Part shown: piece after piece, positions 38,251-51,409 of the stretch
Position numbering within the stretch: position 1 is the first letter of the stretch
Layout: each line of letters opens with the position of its first letter
Assembly: GCF_006345805.1 (NCBI RefSeq)
Contig: NC_043005.1
Coordinates: 13,268,001-13,332,000 of the forward strand
DNA: 64,000 nt
Direction: 5' to 3'
Source of the DNA: Octopus sinensis
Lineage: Eukaryota
The notes under the pieces: generated by a model
The model's database searches: none
Told to the model about the DNA's origin: nothing
The model's input: only the letters and a program-made list of their open reading frames with translations
Made by a program: the position numbers and the translations under genes

Positions 38251-39773
38251 TCTCCTGTATTTTCCCAAAATGGCGCCTTTACATCAAACGTTTTCCTGAA
38301 TTTGTCAGTATCATATTATCTCAGCTAAACCTACTTACACTAATTATATCGAGTAGCTTTAGTTTAGGTGATATTACTCCTGCTATCCCTGTTATATTTA
38401 ACTCTCATGGTTCCCCTAAAAAAACAGCAGTTAAGTTACTGTTAACATATCTAACGTAAGGAACATCAAAAAGCTTGCTAGAAATAATTATGTGGTCAGT
38501 GAAACAATATTAGTTATTGGCTGTCTTTTGATTTTGTTTTGCAAGCACGGGAGACAACTTCAGACATGTAGTCTCTAAACTTCCTCGTTGGAGCATAAAC
38601 ATCACCAGAATTAACGAATTTGCAATGAGAGAATCGTTCCCATTTTCCCTTATCCCTTGGCGTTCATATCTACCCCTCATTTTTTTCCTTTCAGCCTTTC
38701 GTCTACATTAACTGACAGTGACATTTAACCATATCTACCTAACTGAGCTCATCCTACATCCCAAGTGTATGAAAATTGAAAAAGTTATGGACCCATCCTC
38801 ATCTTACCAAAAAACAAAAACTAAAACAAAAAAAACACACAACAAAAAACAGACCAACCAAATATTCCATTTATCATCACACCCATTGCGATGCTTATTG
38901 CATCATTATCAATAAAATGTATCACAGACATTGTAAATCATTGATTTAGACACGCAATATTGGTTGTCATTTGCAGGAATTATTCTGATAAACTCTCGAT
39001 ATTTGCGTCATATAATTGGCACAGCATCAAATTTCGGAACAGAAAGAATCGAGTCTAAATTCTATTGTTTGAGTAATTGGTATCTATTAGTGAGATGGTG
39101 CTAAAAGTGTATTATGCTAATAGTAGTCAACAAAATCGATGTTGTGAGGAATTACAATTATCGCTCATGCGTGACATGATTATGGAACACAAACAGAAAG
39201 CAGTAATATCCAATAAATTTTAAAATGTCACGGATGAGTGATCACCAGCATCGCCAATTACTACGGCATCTTATGACTCCAGTAGCTGCATAGAACTTGC
39301 AAAGAAGAGGATTAAATCTGTATCGATTGGTATTAAACAGATGGGACATAATTCTAGGCGTGCAGAGGGTGCAAGCTTTGTGGTGGATAACACTGGTAGA
39401 ATTTATAGAACGTGTTAAATTAAAATTCGGTACATCGAGGCACAGTGAATTAGACGTAACATGCAGGGACACAACAGAATACCCCCAAAACGGTTATGAA
39501 CACACAATATTTCTTTCTTTCACCTTATTACTTATATTAGGGTTCATTTTGACACACACACAGACACACACACACTCACATACACACACTTACACACAAA
39601 CACACACGCATACACACACATACATTTATATTTATATATATATATATATATATACGTTGAGATATATAGACAGATAAATAGACAGGGATAGATAGAGAGA
39701 TAGATAAATTGATAGATAGGGAGCGCTAGAGACAGAAATATATATAGAAATATATATATATATATATATATAG

Positions 39774-39858
<85 letters not shown>

Positions 39859-40037
39859 GGAGAGAAAAAGAGAGAGAAATATATATATGTATGTATATAT
39901 ATGTATTATCAAATAATAATAAAGGGTAAAATTAATTAATCAATTTATAATTAATAATTTTACCAAGTAGTTCGGTATGTTAAAAGAACTATTATCGGTA
40001 AACTTATGCAAAAATTTTATAATTATAAACATAATTA

Positions 40038-40203
40038 GGCGCAGGAGTGGCTGTGTGGTAAGTAGCTTGCTAACCAGCCACATGGTTCCGGGTTCAGTCC
40101 CACTGCGTGGCATCTTGGGCAAGTATCTTCTGCTATAGCCTCGAGCCGACCAAAGCCTTGTGAGTGGATTTGGTAGACGGAAACTGAAAGAAGCCTGTCG
40201 TAT
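40038..40203 (+). mobile_element. SINE family C 5' half
   Basis: Head and CORE-like body, ending in (TA)n. Confidence 0.85.
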
Positions 40204-40242
40204 ATATGTATATATATATATATATATGTGTGTGTATATATG

Positions 40243-40273
<31 letters not shown>

Positions 40274-40318
40274 TATATATCTATATATATATAAATATAT
40301 ATATATATTATATATATA

Positions 40319-40390
<72 letters not shown>

Positions 40391-41225
40391 GAGTGAACGT
40401 GTGTTGTGTTGCCAATGATGTATAAGGTGTCGCAAAAAGATTGATTTGACTGATCGGATGTACTCCATCGAGTGTCACTCCACCTGTTAATGGGGTTCCA
40501 TTGTCGGACGGAGATTTAGATTATCCTGTACCATGGTAGTCCAGTGCATATAGGCGAAGGCCGGGAATCGATTAAGTCTCCGCCAGTATTTGATACTTAC
40601 TTTATTATATCGATCCCGAAAGGATGCAAGCAGACTTGATACTCCGCCAACTGGGATTCGAACCCGGAACGTAAACAGAAAATCAGTAAATAAATAAACG
40701 CAGGGTTAGCCAAAAGTCCAATGTCCAATTAATACTTATTTTATCGACCCCGAAAAGATGAAAGCAGAGTTGGCTCCGACGGGATTTGAACCCAGAGAGT
40801 GAAATGCAATAAATAAATAACTAAAATGAAAAATAATTAAAATAAAATATGTTAATAATAAAAACAACCCAAGGTATTTCGTCTGATATTCTAAGAATTC
40901 TCCAAATCTATTGTTCACAGGACATAAAAGACCTAAAGAATTTATGAAATACCCCGTTTTACTCATCTTTTTGATTTTTAAACACGCGTAGGTTAACTTG
41001 ACCTTCCATCCTTACTGAAGTGACAGTGATGTATGGATGGAGAGAGGTGATATAATTGACTATACTCTTCCCTTGTTATATAAGGCATTGAGCCTATAAT
41101 AGAAATCATTTAAATATTCTCGTCTCTTGGTTATTCAGTTAGTTCTTCCGCTGTATCATTTGTTAATGTCATATTGCGAGAAAGTTGTAATATAATTACT
41201 CACTGGTTCGAATCTCTGAATTTTC

Positions 41226-42110
41226 TTTTCTAATCTAGGCACAAGGCCAGAAATTTTGGAGAGGGACCAGTCGATTAGATCGACCCCACTACGCCACTAG
41301 TACTTAATTTATCGACCCCGAAAGGATGAAAGGCCAAGTCAACCTCGGCGAAATTTGAACTCAGAACGTAACGGCAGAATGTAAAGAGAGACGAAATACC
41401 TATTTCTTTACTACCCACAAGGGGCTAAACACAGAGAGGACAAACAAGGACAGACAAACGGATTAAGTCGACTATATCGACCCCAGTGCGTAACTGGTGC
41501 TTATTTAATCGACCCCGAAAGGATGAAAGGCAAAGTCGACCTCGGCGGAATTAGAACTCAGAACGTAACGGCAGACGAAATATCTATTTCTTTACTACCC
41601 ACAAGGGGCTAAACACAGAGAGGACAGACAAACGGATTAAGTCGATTATATCGACCCCAGTGCGTAACTGGTACTTATTTAATCGACCCCGAAATGATGA
41701 AAGGCAAAGTCGACCACGGCGGAATTTGAACTCTGAACGTAACGGCAGACGAAATACCGCTAAGAATTTCGCCCGGCGTGCTAACGTTTCTGCGAGCTCG
41801 TCGCCTTCAAATCTCTGAATATTCTTTTCTACTCTAGGCACAAGGCCCGAAATTTTGGGGAGAAAGTCAGTCGATTAGATCGTCTCCAGCACACAGCTGG
41901 TACATTATTTATCGACCCCGAAAGGATGAAAGGCAAAGTCGACCTCGGCGGAATTTGAACTCAGAACGTAAAGACAGGCGAAATACCTATTTCTTTACTA
42001 CACACAAGGGGCTAAACACAGAGATGACAAACAAGGACAGACAAACGGATTAAATTTGTCTGTTCTTAATTTGAACTCAGAACGTAAAGACAGACGAAAC
42101 TATAATGGTA
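41226..42110 (-). mobile_element. Cluster of SINE B multimers
   Basis: Junctions at about 41395, 41578 and 41983; head at about 41790-41807. Confidence 0.85.
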
Positions 42111-42460
42111 ACGTTGTCTATATACTGATTATCTGATAATGATTGACACCAAACTGATGCCATGTACATTAAATGTTTTTATATTACAGGCCTTCAAAAT
42201 TTTATATATTATTTAGTACGAACATTAAAAGCAAAACATATTGAAAACTCTTCTTAATTTCTTGAAAGAAGAGGGCAACCCGGGATATAAGAAGCCACTC
42301 GTATTTAAGGGACTGCAAGTAATTTTAATGTTTAAGCTGTTTGAATACAATAGCATTTGTCACATAGTATCACGATTCTCGTATCATCGTCAGCAATGAT
42401 GCTGTATGAATTAATGTAATCACGTGTGATTTTATTGGTTTTGTATTATATTTTGATACA

Positions 42461-42850
42461 GCTCTGTGTGACATGATTATAAGCAGATCTATTCACGACA
42501 ACCACCGTTTTATGCGAGATATCGTAACGCTGAAGAGCAACACACCTGATTTCGGTAGGTCTCTGATGAATTTGGATCAATTGAAAGTTCCTGACATGGT
42601 AGATCATTGCAACTGGCGACTGTCTCCAAAGTAACCAATTCGTTCTGTTTCCACAGGCTGGATCACATCTAACTAGTTGATTGATAGATGGATTGGGTAG
42701 AACGTAAGGGCAAAAGCCCTGAACTCTTTGATACAAAAGAAGTGACTGAACATCGTTATTTCATGCTGGATTTGGGCTGCCTAATGACTGGCAACAAGTC
42801 ATCAAGCAGTGAGATAAGTGGAGTCCGCATGTGAGGGGTTTCAACAGGAA
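42461..42850 (+). pseudogene. Decayed L1-clade (Tx1-like) RT fragment
   Basis: Frame from 42461 reads ISRSIHDNHRFMRDIV...LMNLDQLKVPDMVDH, resembling GRSIHDN..RDII..LINLDQSKAFDRVDH. Confidence 0.65.
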
Positions 42851-43182
42851 ATTTGAGAGCCCCAGCCACGGGCGTCGAGACCCATATCACTGGTTTCACT
42901 AAGAGTCTCAGTGGCGAGTGATAATAGGTGAGTGAAACGGAAATGTATGTCTCAAATGGATGAATATTCAGACGTCATGTGCTGGAGGTCAGTAAAGACG
43001 AACAGAAATTCAAGGGTTGGAGAAGGTTGTTAATTTCTGTGTCTGTTACCTCTTATAGAATGGAAGTAAGTGTGAGAGTATGATAGTTGGCTGGGCTCAG
43101 AGGAGTTGGTCTTCATTGGAATATTTCCAGAGATCGGGATAAATCCGTGGAAAACACATATGATATATATATATATATATTC

Positions 43183-43301
43183 TTTTACTTGTTTCAGTTA
43201 TTTGACTGCTGCCATGCTGGGGCACCGCCTTAATATATACATATATATATATATATGTGTGTGCATGTGTGCGTGTATGTGTGTGTGCGTGCGTGTGTGT
43301 G

Positions 43302-43335
<34 letters not shown>

Positions 43336-43530
43336 CGTTTACGTGTTTCACTCATTGGACTGCAGCCATGCTGTGGCACCGCCTTGAAGGTTTTAGTAGA
43401 ACATATCGATCTCAATAATTATCTTTTAAAACTCGGGTACTCATTATATCGGTCTTTTTGTTGAAACGCTAGATTACGGAGACGTAAACTAGCCAACACC
43501 GGTTGTCAAGCTGTGGTGGGCGACAAACAC
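43183..43530 (-). mobile_element. Diverged SINE C fragments
   Basis: Tail and body segments separated by microsatellites. Confidence 0.65.
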
Positions 43531-43648
43531 ACACGTACACGCGCGCATATACATACATATACATACATATATATATATATAATATATATATATATAATAT
43601 ATATATATACATATATATATACATACATATACATACATACATACATAC

Positions 43649-43699
<51 letters not shown>

Positions 43700-43741
43700 C
43701 GTATATGTATATATATACACATACATATATGTATATATATG

Positions 43742-43783
<42 letters not shown>

Positions 43784-44445
43784 AGAGAGAGAGAAGAGAG
43801 AGAGAGAAAGAAAGAGAGAGAGAAAGAAAGAGAGAGAGAGAGAAAAAAAGAAAGAAAGATAAATACACGGAAGAGGGGGAGAGAGAGGGAGATTTGGTGA
43901 AGATAAAGAGTTTGGTGTAAAGTGCATTGTTTGAGGGTAATGGGAGAAGAAGTTTTCGGATCGATGGCCTGTTGATTTGAAGTGGCCGGAGGTATTTTTT
44001 CGTACTCGCGTTGTGAATGTGTGCGTGATGCTGAGCTGATGGACTTAGCCAAAATGGTGCATAGATTCCTTATCACTTGGCATTTATTTTTCTCTGCTGC
44101 TGTTGAAACCTGTTTTCTGTTTTCTGGCAGAGTTGCTTACGTTCATTCTTAAACATGCGAGTCTGTCAGTATTGATTTAATTTCGGCAGAAATCTGCTTA
44201 GTTTAGTTTATCTTTCTGAGTTTTCTCAGTGCTTTCCTCACGCTTGCGAATTAATTTGCATTTCGCATAGTATTTTCCTTCTTGTTTCGTGTACATTGAC
44301 ATTTCTGCGACGCACCGATTCTGTTTCTGTCTAAAATATTTTGAATGTTCAGATGTTCACCCGATGGTTTGATCTTATCTTCGATCCCAGTCTCCTGATT
44401 GTATTTTCAGTTTAATTGAAAAAAAAAGAAAAAAAGATTCGATTT

Positions 44446-45215
44446 TATTACCTACGACTTAGTGAAGGCAGAGGTATTGTTTCAGTCGTGGGAGGCTCAA
44501 TGGCCCAGTGGTTAGGGCAGCGGACTCGCAGTCGTAGGATCGTGGTTTCGATTCCCAGACCGGGCGTTGTGAGTGTTCATTGAGCGAAAACACCTAAAAG
44601 CTCCACGAGGCTCCGGCAGGGGATGGTGGTGATCCCTGCTGTACTCTTTCACCACAACTATATCTCACTCTTTCTTCCTGTTTCTGTTGTACCTGTATTT
44701 CAAAGGGCCGGCCTTGTCACGCTGAATCTTCCCGAGAACTACGTTAAGGGTACACGTGTCTGTGGAGTGCTCAGCCACTTGCACGTTAATTCCACGAGCA
44801 AGCTGTTCCGTTGATCGTATCAGCTGGGACCCTCATCGTCGTAACCGACGGAGTGCTCTTTCTCGTTTCAGTCGTGTTTGTTTGTTCATTTGTTTGTTTG
44901 TTCTTGGACAAGATACCTCAAAAACCACTGGATAGATTCGGATGAAGCTTTCAAGGACGTTTGGCTTTGAGACTGGCACGAACTGATTAGATTTTGGGAT
45001 CGATCCCGGTACCAGACAAGGATTCTGGATTATTTTTCCTGTTTTTTTTTTAACTTAATTTTTGAGAGCAATCGGGTTCATTTTTAGTAATCACGTTTGT
45101 GAGAGCAATCAAATTTATTTCAGATATCATCATTTCAAAAATCATCTCTGGCTTATCGTTGAGAGGACGTTGGTGTTGCCTTGGCGGAGGATTGCACTCT
45201 CTGACTGCCCTTATT
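44446..45215 (+). mobile_element. Family I Helitron/Helentron-like element, apparently complete, with a nested SINE A
   Basis: 5' ttattacctacgac..., 3' ccttggcggagg (subterminal inverted repeat) then gcactctctgactgc (hairpin-like). Confidence 0.55.
44491..44864 (+). mobile_element. SINE family A nested in family I
   Basis: 12-bp TSD gtttcagtcgtg at 44479-44490 and 44865-44876. Confidence 0.9.
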
Positions 45216-45678
45216 TAATTTTATGTTGATTATTATTTTCACTTTACGAAGAAAACAATAACATTTACAGGTTCGTCTGTTATAGTAACGTCACTCGGTG
45301 CCCCTGCATGGCCACAATCTAATGACAGAAACAAGTAAAAGATGAATGATCAAAGATACGAATGAAGAAAATTTTCTAAAATAAGCAAATGAATAAATAG
45401 GCGTGGCTGTGTGGTAAGAAGGTTGATTCCCAACCACATGTTTCCGGTTTCAGTCTCACTGCGTGACACCTTGGGCAATTGTCTTCTACTATAGCCTCGG
45501 GCCGACTAAAGCTTTGTGAATGGATTTGGTAGAGGGAAACTAAAAGAAGCCCATCGTATATATATACGGAACCAAGACATTTGAAATTTTATTCCCGATG
45601 TAATCAGTAAGACTAAGCACGTGTCTGTCTTGACACAGAGAGCTGGGGTTAGTCTTGCGGTTTGCATCTCGAGGACCG

Positions 45679-45754
45679 AATGTACTGATGAAGTCACGGA
45701 CACTTGAATTATGCAAGTAATTCTTTTGTTAAGACCGAAACCGAGGTATGCATT
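45679..45754 (+). ncRNA. Type I hammerhead ribozyme with a long stem II
   Basis: AAUGUA-CUGAUGA-AGUC...GACC-GAAA-CC-GA-GG-UA-UGCAUU. Confidence 0.7.
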
Positions 45755-46044
45755 TAAGTCTGTTATTTATATAATTTTTCATATGTCCTGCTGCCCGCCA
45801 AAGTTGGTTCTGGTGTTCGCTGAATTCTTCCTCTAGAGAATTTCCCTTGTAGTTTGATCGTTGATGATCTTTTTCTAGCATTCTGGCCGGCTACCTAGCA
45901 GGCCAGCCCTGCCAATATACACATATATTTGAATTTTCTCTGACTCCTCAGATTTTTTGAATGCTGGACTACTGGTTTTAAATTGATATTAAAATTAATA
46001 TTAATTTATCTCCCTCAATTTATATATATATATATATATATATG

Positions 46045-46206
46045 ATTATAACAATGAGGGTCTTTGCAACAAGTTGCTAGACCACATACCGAAAGTATTA
46101 GAAATAGCAGCCAGAGGACTATGAAATAACAGTCCTCTGGCTGCTATTTCTAATACTTTCGGTATGTGGTCTAGCAACTTGTTGCAAAGACCCTCATTGT
46201 TATAAT
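46045..46206. repeat. Perfect inverted repeat, 76-bp arms, 10-nt spacer
   Basis: 46045-46120 is the exact reverse complement of 46131-46206. Confidence 0.97.
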
Positions 46207-46770
46207 TATATATAATTTTACCGAATATGGTCCTTTTCCATAACGAAACACTACTTGGTGGTGAAATTTGTTGATTTTATTAAATTAATTATATTTCACC
46301 CTTTATCTGTATATATATATATATATGTATATGTTTGTGTGTGTGTGTCGTTGTGTCTGTGTGTGTCGTTGTGTCTGTGTTTGTCCCTGCACCACCGCAT
46401 GACAACCGGTGTTTGGTGTATTTACATCCCCGTAACGTAGCGGTTCGGTAAAAGAAAAAGAGACCGTTCGAATATGTACTAGGCTTATAAAAAATAAATA
46501 ATAGGGTCGATACTTTCGACTAAAATTCTTCAAGGTGGTGCCTTGAAGAAGTAAAAGATAAAGCTGAAGCAAGTAAAAGATAAAAGATAAATAATGCAAA
46601 ACATTTTTTTTGAATGAATGAAGATGTTGCTTCGTGTTCGCTCCACATACTAGAAATAGTAGCCAAATCTCCTTCAAGCCACACCCCATCATCTTAAAAA
46701 ATGAAGGATATACTAAATAATGTAGATCTAGGTGTACTATTTGTATATAAGATATGAAACGGCTTTACTC

Positions 46771-47165
46771 TTTGTATTCCATTGAAGTGGCTGAGCGGTG
46801 CTTTTTTGGTTCTTTAAATCCAACCCTAGGTAACTTTACCTTTCATCCTTTCGGGGGGGGGGGGCCGATAAAAGAAGTACCAGTCACTTGAAGCTGTTCG
46901 ATGGAATGTTAGAATATCCAGCGAAACAACTTGTGGCATTCGTTCTGGATGTTTGCGTTCTAGACTTAAATTCCACTTACGTGCCGGTGACCAGAGCTAA
47001 TCTTCATCTTGGGATGATCCTCTCAAACTCACAATTAACCAATGTGGAGAGTTTGACCTAAAGCCAGCAGAGATAAGCTGGCAACAACATTCTGTGGCTT
47101 CATCCAGCAGTGGCTCAGCAGCGGCTCAATGGAAGTATCTCCGAGCCACTTCAATGGAATACAAA
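46771..47165. mobile_element. Putative MITE with 22-bp terminal inverted repeats
   Basis: tttgtattccattgaagtggct and agccacttcaatggaatacaaa. Confidence 0.55.
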
Positions 47166-47206
47166 TAGTAATGTATGATTATCAACCTTGTTATCATTTG
47201 TCAATA

Positions 47207-47378
47207 TCGACCCCGAAAGGATGAAAGGCAAAGCCGAGGTCGACTTTGCCTTTCATCCTTTCGGGGTCGATAAATAAAGTACCAGTTTCCAACTGGGGTC
47301 GATGTAATCGACTTAATCCCTTTGTCTGTCCTTGTTTGTCCCCTCTATGTTTAGCCCCTTGTGGGCAGTAAAGAAATA
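47207..47378 (+). mobile_element. 5'-truncated SINE B with a fold-back inversion
   Basis: 12-bp TSD catttgtcaata at 47195-47206 and 47379-47390. Confidence 0.85.
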
Positions 47379-48624
47379 CATTTGTCAATACAATTCCATT
47401 GTGTTTTCTATAGTAAGGGACTCTCTACGTCTATTTCTCATCGATTGTACTTCTAGGGAAATATATAAAAATCGGCATCGCAGATTCGTCTGTTCTGCAG
47501 GAATTCTTCGTACTGACCTCTACATTTCGATACTTAACAAAGATTTAACCAGATTTAATATCAGGTTTAGTGAAACTTTTGGTTTTTTCTATGATTATGA
47601 CAAATAAAGATTTGGTCTGTACTGATTGATTGTACGATACCTATTAAGATGTGGAAATGAAAGCCAATGTCGTAGAGGTATTAAAAAAAAAAGGAAAGAG
47701 AGAGAGGGGGAAGGAAGAGAGGAGGATGTGAAGTTCATTATTCTTTTACATTTCATAATAGCATTTTCAAACGTAGAATATCAAATACTGTTTATAATAA
47801 GAACTTTAGCCATTCCCATTAATCATTATAAATGAATACATCAAAGGGCAAAAACAAGGGGATCTGACGTTTTCGGTGATAACCTTTATCAAAGAGAATC
47901 AGAAGAAGAGTGAGGCAAGGGAAATAAGTAGGAGTACATACACTCGACCAAATTGAAGACGTCTGTTTACATGGTCTCTCAGTTCTTTTTTCTTCTCTTT
48001 GATAAAGGGCATCAGCTGGAACGTTAGAATCTCTTTTACTCCCCTTGGCCTATTCATTTCATTGAGCACTTCTTTGATTGTTATTTTTTCGCTTTATATA
48101 TCTACACATTTCACTCACGTGATTTTGCTTGTCTGACTTTTGTCTTTTAATTGTTTGACTTCTCTTCGCCTTATAATCTTATTTGTTATTAGTGTGATTC
48201 GTTATGTCTACGCAGAATAAATCAATATATCACCGCTACTTCACGGCTGGACCATACCACACACACACACACTTTTATTCTTTAATTATTTTTTTCGTAT
48301 CGTCTATCACTAGTTTTAGTCGTTAAACTGCGGCCAGATTGGTGCAGTACTTTCACCGAAGGTCTTAGCAGTCATATTAACGACCTCCGTGCTTATTTCA
48401 ATTTCAGCTTGGCATTTATTTGTTCGAACTCTGTATATCGATCCGAAAAGTTACGGGAGATAAAGGGAAGTAACTTAACAATAGTGTTTCTTTTGACACC
48501 AGTGTAAACATACTAACCAAAATAGATGATATATATACATATATGATCTATAAAAACACATATAATGAATTGCTAATATGCAATATATTAAATATTTATA
48601 TCTAATAATGGTACAAGGTCTGAG

Positions 48625-48820
48625 GCTGCGGCCTGGCAGAATCGATAAGCACGCCCGGAAAAAAAAAATTAGCAGCATTTCGACCCTCTTTAAGTTCTGA
48701 GTTCAAAATTCTACCGATAATTCGGGGTCGATAAATAAGTACCAGTTGAACACATGGTCGATATAATCGACTTATCCCTTCCATCGAAATTACTGGCCCT
48801 GTGCCAAAATTTGAAATCAA
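48625..48820 (+). mobile_element. Diverged SINE B-related copy with an alternative tail
   Basis: ctggcagaatcgataagcacgcc head; tail ggccctgtgccaaaatttgaaa. Confidence 0.7.
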
Positions 48821-49057
48821 TATGGGTCCAAGGTCTGAAATTTAAAGGAAGAAGTTCAGTTGATTAAATCAATCCAAAGACTTAGCTGATATTTTAGTTT
48901 ATCGGCCCCAGAGAGATAAAATGTTGACTACGGTAACATTTGAACTCAGAGCATAAGGACAATTTTGTCGGACGCTCTAACAATTTCGTTGTAGCTTCAC
49001 CCTGCAATCAGCTTAATAATTAGCAAGTTTTGAGGAGTGGGTATAGATCGATATCGT

Positions 49058-49438
49058 GGAGGCGCAATGGCCCAGTGGCTAGGGCAGCAGACTCGCGGTC
49101 GTAGGATCGCGGTTTCGATTCCCAGACCGGGCGTTGTGAGTGTTTATTGAGCGAAAACACCTAAAGCTCCACGAGGCTCGGCAGGGATGGTGGTGATCCC
49201 CGCTGTACTCTTTCACCACAACTTTCTTTCACTCTTACTTCCTGTTTCTGTTGTACCTGTATTTCAAAGGGCCGGCCTTGTCACTCTCTGTGTCACGCTG
49301 AATATCCCCGAGAGCTACGTTAAGGGTACACGTGTCTGTGGAGTGCTCAGCCACTTACACGTTAATTTCACGAGCAGGCTGTTCCGTTGATCGGATCAAC
49401 CGGAATCCTCGTCGTCGTAACCGACGGAGTGCTTCCTC
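49058..49438 (+). mobile_element. SINE family A, full length
   Basis: 11-bp TSD agatcgatatc. Confidence 0.9.
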
Positions 49439-49578
49439 AGATCGATATCATTCAGTGTTTGGCTAATGTTTTATTTTATTGCGCTCAGGAGGATGAAAAA
49501 GATGAAAGTCGACCACGGTGGGGTTTGAAATCTGAGCGTAAGAAGCCTCACCTTAGTACCACATGATATTTTGTCCAA

Positions 49579-49994
49579 AGGCGGCGAGCTGGCAGAAACG
49601 TTAGCACACCGGGCGAAATGCCTAGCGGTATTGCGTCTGTCGTTGCGTTCTGAGTTCAAATTCCGCCGAGGTCGACTTTGCCTTTCATCCTTTCGGGATC
49701 GATAAATTAAGTACCAGTTACGCACTGGGGTCGATGTAATCGACTTAATCCGTTTGTCTGTCCTTGTTTGTCCCCTCTGTGTTTAGCCCCTTGTGGGTAG
49801 TAAAGAAATAGGTATTTCGTCTGTCATTGCGTTCTGAGTTCAAATTCCGCCGAGGTCGACTTTGCCTTTCATCCTTTCGGGGTCGATAAATTAAGTACCA
49901 GTTACGCACTGGGGTCGATGTAATCGACTTAATCCGTTTGTCTGTCCTTGTTTGTCCCCTCTGTGTTTAGCCCCTTGTGGGTAGTAAAGAAACA
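49579..49994 (+). mobile_element. SINE family B, head plus two bodies
   Basis: 14-bp TSD gatattttgtccaa at 49565-49578 and 49995-50008. Junction at about 49810. Confidence 0.9.
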
Positions 49995-50189
49995 GATATT
50001 TTGTCCAATGCTCTATTAACGATTCTGCTGACCCATCATCCCGTAATATATTTAATATTATACTAAAACAAACAAACAAACAAACAAACAAAAATATATA
50101 AGAAATGAGTGATATTCTTACCGGAAATCTGTAAGACTGGAAATCGTCTTTGTCTTCATCGCCTTCGATTTCGTTCGCCCACGTCAACT

Positions 50190-50531
50190 TCTTTACCACC
50201 ACCACCACATTCACCACCGCCACCGCCATCATCACCATTGTCGCTATCGTCATCATCTTGATCATGATCATAATCATAACGGTCATCCATGACATCGTAG
50301 TCTACCACACCATCATCATCATCATCGCCGTTGTCGACGTCGTCATAATTTTCATTAGCATGATAATCATAATCATAATCATAATCATTGTCATTATTCT
50401 CCTCCTCCCCCTCCCCCTCCCCCTCCTCCTCCTCCTCCTCCTCCTCATCATCATCATCATCATCATCATCTCATCATCATCATCATCATCATCACAATCA
50501 TTATCATCATCATCATCAATACCATCACCAT

Positions 50532-50562
<31 letters not shown>

Positions 50563-50582
50563 GGCAGCAGCAGCAGCAGCAA
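50190..50582. repeat. Compound trinucleotide tract (CAC/CAT/CTC/CAG)n
   Basis: Read directly from the sequence. Confidence 0.9.
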
Positions 50583-51092
50583 CCTTTCTGCTTCAGATAT
50601 ATTTTGTCTCAGTTTTCATCTGCTTGTAGTGCAGGTTAAATTGTGAATGGGCAAAATTATAATTTCATAGAACATTAAAAAATAAATGTGATGTTTACAC
50701 TAAATAGGCAATATGTGTGCGTCTTGGGGAAGAACGTGCATTCGTAGTGCTAGGACTCGACACACGAAAGTAGTCAGGTTAGCTAAGTACCGTATCAGAT
50801 GGTATAACGACACAAACACACACATATGTTATTTTGACAATGCCATCGATGTGACAGCGATAGATTTATCGGGTACTCTATCTTCTAGATACAACACAAG
50901 AAGATTTTAAGTCAGAGAATAACATTTAAGGTGTTAGCGTATATCTTGTTGTTTGCTGAGGTTGTTTAGCTACAGTTCGATAATGTTTGATAGATCTTAT
51001 GAATAAAGATATTTCTGCTATAGCTATAGCCATCATGCATTTTTTTTTGAAGAACAGCAGGTAGTATGCACTGATATATATATTATATATAT

Positions 51093-51154
<62 letters not shown>

Positions 51155-51409
51155 GTATATATATATACATATGTATATATATATATATGTATATATATAT
51201 AATATATTATAATAATTACATTCACACACTCATATATACGCACATATATACATACATACATATATACATAAATATGTACATATATATATATACATACACA
51301 CGTATATATGCATACATACATATATATACACATACAAGCACACACACATACACACACACATGTACACACACACACACACACAAACATATATATATAAATA
51401 TATATTTCT

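Larger units (their letters stand above)
45400..46570 (+). mobile_element. Diverged SINE C split in its microsatellite by about 750 bp of inserted DNA
   Basis: 5' half 45400-45560, 3' half about 46330-46570. Confidence 0.7.

Noticed and set aside
38560-38690. Ankyrin-like GVDMNAKG on the minus strand
   Set aside because: An immediate stop codon follows and there is no further repeat.
39240-39480. Non-repetitive open frames
   Set aside because: No recognisable domain or convincing splice sites.
42553-42590. CTGATGA...GAAAG hammerhead-like string
   Set aside because: It lies in the coding frame of the Tx1-like RT and lacks stems I and III.
43930-44400. Possible LINE ORF2 remnant on the minus strand
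   Set aside because: No diagnostic motif could be read with confidence.
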